NCBI GenBank assembly: GCA_965112155.1
Contig: OZ218100.1
Strand: one strand, 5' to 3'
DNA length: 64,000 nt
DNA from: Podarcis liolepis
Lineage: Eukaryota
Shown here in pieces: positions 59,190 through 64,000 of the stretch. Every line of letters starts with the position of its first letter. Position 1 is the first letter of the stretch. Made by a program: the position numbers and the translations under genes. The notes below the pieces were generated by a model, which saw only the letters and a program-made list of their open reading frames with translations, made no database searches and was not told where the DNA came from.

Positions 59190-61582
59190 TATTACAACTG
59201 TAAAAATCTTGGAGAATCTACTTTCCTTATTTGTCCAATTAACAAATTCTTTGAATTGTACACAATTTTTACAGTCACTACGGTGACATCCCTTAGAGCC
59301 ACTAAAAGTAGCTTTAAGCCTGGGGCACTTCAGTTGATGGGTTCCTGAAATCAATAACATTTTGAGCAAGTATAGCACTGAGTTCCAGACACATCCCAAT
59401 TACTTTTAAGTAGAGATTTGTGTGTTTGGTAATCCCACCCAATCAATAAGCCCCCCATTTTTTTAAGCCATTGGGATTGCAATTTCTGAATACAGACCCG
59501 TGCCCTGTCACTTCTATAATTTTAGACACCTCACAATTTTATCCTCAGTGATACTGCTTAACATGGAAGAAAAATATTTTGTATTAGAACACCCTCTACC
59601 CTTGACTGATCTCTTGATGCTTCCAGATAAAGGCCTTTTTCCAGATAGGTCTGGTTTTTTTTATTGGCTGTAAACTTTAATGAACCTTCCACCCTATCAT
59701 AAAACTTTTCATTTTAATTTGGACTTGGATGGCTCTATTTCCTGTTCACACTGGCAGGCAGATCATGATAGGGTCCAGAAAAAGAAGATGCGTCACTTTT
59801 ACTCTTCTCCCTTTTCTCTCACCAGACTATTCCGTCTTCCTGAGCACAGGCACAGGGGTTTTTTTAAAAGCACTTTGCACACACACACCCCTTCACTTAA
59901 TTTTTGATTTCATTATCTTCAGCTTTGGTCCCCTGGAAGTTCAGCTGGTAGAAGAATCATACTTCTGTTGTTGTGGAAAAATAAATTCACATTTTTTTTC
60001 TTTCTTAAATTCTATACTGATGCTGCTTGCCATTACAAGCAATAGAGTTAAGCAATGTAATGCCTTTTTCTGAGCATGGAAAGATGGTACCGAAGGAGGT
60101 GCCCAGTTTTCCACAAGGAAGTGTCACACATGACAAGAAGCAGACACTCAGTCGTTAGGAAGGAGAGAAGAGGCATGCCAAAGTTCAGCAGCTGCCTATG
60201 TGCAGCACTCATTTTTCTTGGTAATGAACCAAATAAAAGATGCTGGTTGGTTACAACTGGTGGCAACCATTTATACTCAGCATTTGGGATGTTGAACATT
60301 AAGATTGCCAGTTTTAGGATTACATAAGTAACCCGCTTTGAGACTGTGGACATTCTTCACCTTCTTCTATACAGACAAAGAACAATGATTAGGCATGCAA
60401 TCACCCATCTTTTCCTTGAATATGAAGACTTGGGATTCTGTGTTGTGCACTGATTGACTAACAGCTAAAGATGTGTTTTCATCCCTATTGCAACATGTAC
60501 CTCCTTATCCTCTACAAATTCAAAAAATTGTGAGGCTCACCTTAATACTGCTTCACCCAAGCAAATCAGGAACCCAAATATCTTACTGGCAGCATTTCAA
60601 TGTTATATATTTGTCTGTTGTGAATAGCTAAAATCTGTTTTATTAGCAACAAAAAAATGAAATAAAATGGTCTAGAAATGTTGCCATTGATCAGGGAAGA
60701 GCAGAAAACTATATGGATGCCTTGATTCACCCATGGTGCTTTGTGAAGACATTGTGCTGAAACAAAATGATTTTAAGAACTGTCAAAAGAAGCTAACATA
60801 TGAATTAGGTATAATGGACATTTTTATTTAGTCAAAAAATCAAAACAGATGGTTGGGGGTGGGAGAAAAACATAATTAGATGCCTCCCAACGCAGTAGAG
60901 CCTTGGAATACCTGCAAGAAGGCAAAATGCTGCCATCTGCAGGAAACAGAAACAGTACTCTCCAGTTTATCTTTCTGTCTCTACTGACAAAGGTAAACAA
61001 TATTATGTTCCCTTCACTAGAAGAATCTGTAACTCTGATGTGAGTTACAGCACTGAAGTGATACTCATACTAGCCTAATTTTAGTTACAGCTACTTTTGG
61101 TGGCGAGAAAAGAATACCATACTTCAGGAGCTGAAGCCAACTATCTCCTAATAACCATATTCTTACTCAGAATTTATTAAATGAAAACGTAGTGTAATAC
61201 TTCAGTAGTCATTTCATTTAAAAAACACGTATCCAGAGGATGAACCCATCAAAAAAAAAATTTATATTTTTAATGGAAGAGACCTATTGCTCTACTTTGT
61301 CTTGAATCACAAGCTGCCTAGGTTAGGTGGCAAACTTTTATAAGATTGAATTCCATTGTATGTTTATGTTCTTAACTGAATTGACTAAAATTATCAACTT
61401 TAATTTACTAGCCAAAATGAAACCAGAAAAAGAGTCACCATTCATACTTCTTATCTCAACTACACTCTATGTTTTGCAAAAGCCATCCACTGACACCTTA
61501 AACACCAATTTTATTACAGCGAAAGATTTTGGGGACTAGAGACCAATTCTTTAGATACACACGCTTGCTCATGAAAGCTTAT

Positions 61583-61820
61583 GCCATTGCAGCATAGTGG
61601 TTAATGTGTTGGACAAGGACTTGGGAGACCAGGGTTCAAATCCCCATTCGGCCATGATGCTTGCTGGGTGACCTTGGGCTAGTCACTCACTCTCAGCCTT
61701 ACCTACCTCACAGGGCTGTAGTGAGAATAAAATGGGGAAAGCGAGAACCATGTGTGCCACTTTGAGCCCCTGGGAGAAAAGGTGGGATATAAATGTAATA
61801 AATAAATAATAAATAATAAA
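61583..61820 (+). mobile_element. MIR/Ther1-derived tRNA-CORE SINE (Squam3-like), full length
   Basis: TAGTGGTTAA A-box, GGTTCAAATCCC B-box, CORE TGACCTTGGG...CCTACCTCACAGGG, (TAAA)n tail. Confidence 0.88.
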
Positions 61821-61989
61821 ATTTGTTAGCCTTTAAGGTGCTTCAACAGTCTTGTTTTTGCTGCAACACACAGAACCATTTGTGTGTGACAATGATTATC
61901 ATAATAACATCCACCAGATTCAACATATGTATTTCGTTGTGCATATCACTATGGTTGTATGCAGACAATGGCTGCATTTGCACACAACA

Positions 61990-62500
61990 CTATGCCAAAC
62001 CATAGCTTAGTACAAACATCCAAATGTGTGTGGTGCTAGGCAGGATGTCTTTGTTACACTGCACTTCTGCAAGAACAAAACTTGGCCACAGCTCATGGTT
62101 AATAAGGAGAGAGCTTAACCATGAGCCTGGGTTCTAATGACATGCTAAGCCAGACTTTGGGTTAGCTGCCATGCTGTGATGAGCTAAAAAGGACTAGGGA
62201 GAAGCAAAGTGGGTGTGAACTCTGTTCCAGGAGCCAGAATATTTGTGTGGTCCTAGGAAGCCATAGTTTGGCTTATCATGCTGCAAGAACTAGGTACAAA
62301 CAAACCTAGTTTCCTCCAAGGCTTGCATGCTACTTCCTTCCTGGTGGCCTGGAGGAATCAGTAAAGTTTTATTTGCATCTCTGGTCAACCATGGTGAGTA
62401 ATAACATCTAGACTGACAAACTGTGGGTAACATAAACTAGTGTCAGTTTAAAACCAACCATCTTCAAGCCATGGTTTCTGAAGCTGAACTGTTGTGAACT
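61990..62500. repeat. Old palindromic element(s) rich in AACCATGG/CCATGGTT motifs
   Basis: 12-bp stem GCTCATGGTTAA/TTAACCATGAGC at 62091-62126 and recurring AAGCCATRGTTT; similar sequence at about 18590-18800. Confidence 0.5.
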
Positions 62501-64000
62501 AACCAGGAAGGATTCAACTAATAAGTCCTATCTGTGTAGCTCAACACAGGGACTTCCACTTGTGCAACAGTGCTTTCTCCTGCCCCCGCCTCCCACCCCC
62601 AAAACCAGCTCCGGGGGGCAGGAATTTGGGAAGACTCCTGGAATAGTGTGAGGGGGGAGGAAAGGAGGACCGTTCCATCTGGCAAGCCAAAATGCTTGCT
62701 CTGGCAGAACAATCACATTATTGTGACGTTGAATTGCTCTCAATATAATTAGCATCAACCACAGACCTGGTCTATCTGGCAAACTATGTTTAATTAAAAG
62801 CAGAACAGCTTCTGATCTGCCTCTTCCCAGCTATACAAGGAGATAGCGAGGAGGGGAAGCCTCCAAGCCTGCAAAAGGGCTAGGTTCATTCATGTTTTCC
62901 TAAATCAGGAGCAGCCAACAAGGTGCCCTCCAGATGTTGCTGTACTACAATCATCATGATCCCTGACCGCTGATCATGCTGGCTAGGGCTGAGTTCAACA
63001 CCTGGAGCACATTGGCTACCCCTGTGCTGAACCAAAGGTTTTTGTGATGTTCACAGTCTGTGATGCAGCTCTAGAATTCTTTTTAAATTAAAACTGGAGA
63101 AACTCATGAACATAGAACAAAAAAAAGATATCTGCGGTCATATCTGACTTACAAATTTAGGCATATAACTAATATAAATAAGGAAGGTTTCTTTGGAGTA
63201 TGGCAAGAATAACTTAGTGAGATAATATAGGTTCCACAGTCACAGAACTCCAGCTATCAAACACACATGTCGCTTCAGTTGTCTAGCTTTATTCTTAAAT
63301 CGTTTTCAATGTTAGTAACAAAGAGCACAGGAAACACAGATGGGTCATGTTAGGATGACACACACATTTTCCATGGTCCCTACACTCTGTTCTCTGAAGA
63401 TACAATTGCTCTTTCGTTTCCCCAGCTCTCATAATGAATTTGCCTCAGTACATTCACAGAGGTCTCCCATATGGTTAAGACGCATGCAAGAATTAATATG
63501 CAATTAATAAGATGGTTTGATCATCTGCTTTTGTTCAAGGAAGCAGCTGGTACACATATCAGATGCTAATTAGACAAATTAAGATTAACCACTTTTGTTC
63601 TGTGATGAACTGATAGCTTACTGTAGCCAATCCTTTTAAGTCTTCTAAAAGGGTGTCAATAAAGAAAGCAAATATGGGATAGCAGAAGACTTATTTCCTG
63701 CAAGGGGGGGGGCTACTATTTAATATACAGAAGGAACCTGACACTCTCTCTTGGTCTAGCAGGAAATGTATGAACTACAGAACAATAGTTGAATTTGTGT
63801 GTGGGAAAAGATATAAAATTGCTTTATTCCTTCAAGAAACATTCAAGTTCTGAGGCTATTTGCTGACTCCAAAATACTGAAGTTTTTCCTGCTTTTTCCT
63901 TTCTGTTGTGAGAAATGTTTTGACTTCGAAAGTACCTGGCTAATTATTATTTTTTAGAGCAAAGAAGTGATTACTACACTACACAAAATATACAGTAGGT

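Overview
Vertebrate genomic DNA (AT-rich, CpG-depleted). The repeat content (Sauria SINE, BovB/RTE, CR1, L2, MIR-derived SINE, hAT and Tc1/mariner MITEs) points to a squamate reptile, probably a lacertid lizard. The window holds two convergent genes. HEBP2 (SOUL) is on the + strand with coding exons 2-4 at 2766-4894; exon 1 was not found and probably lies upstream of the window. NHSL1 is on the - strand, with a complete 8-exon CDS for the 'MVVFIN...' isoform from 50410 to 9167. All junctions are GT-AG and phase-consistent, and the CDS is 4818 nt (1605 aa plus stop), including a 3372-nt giant exon. The best lead is an in-frame 72-nt cassette-exon candidate in NHSL1 intron 3 (31996-32067). It encodes SSLLDCLPQSCLSACCCLIPWKIK and is flanked by PTBP/RBFOX/QKI-type motifs, so it may be a splicing-switched palmitoylation/membrane anchor. 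Other leads are a perfect 36-bp-arm hairpin, candidate alternative first exons, a BovB fragment nested in a MITE terminal repeat that leaves both ends intact, adjacent miR-142/miR-9 8mer sites in the NHSL1 3'UTR, and loss of the proposed heme-ligand His42 in HEBP2. No prokaryote-type system, CRISPR array, rRNA or genuine tRNA gene was seen. Comparisons with human sequences are from memory, not from searches.
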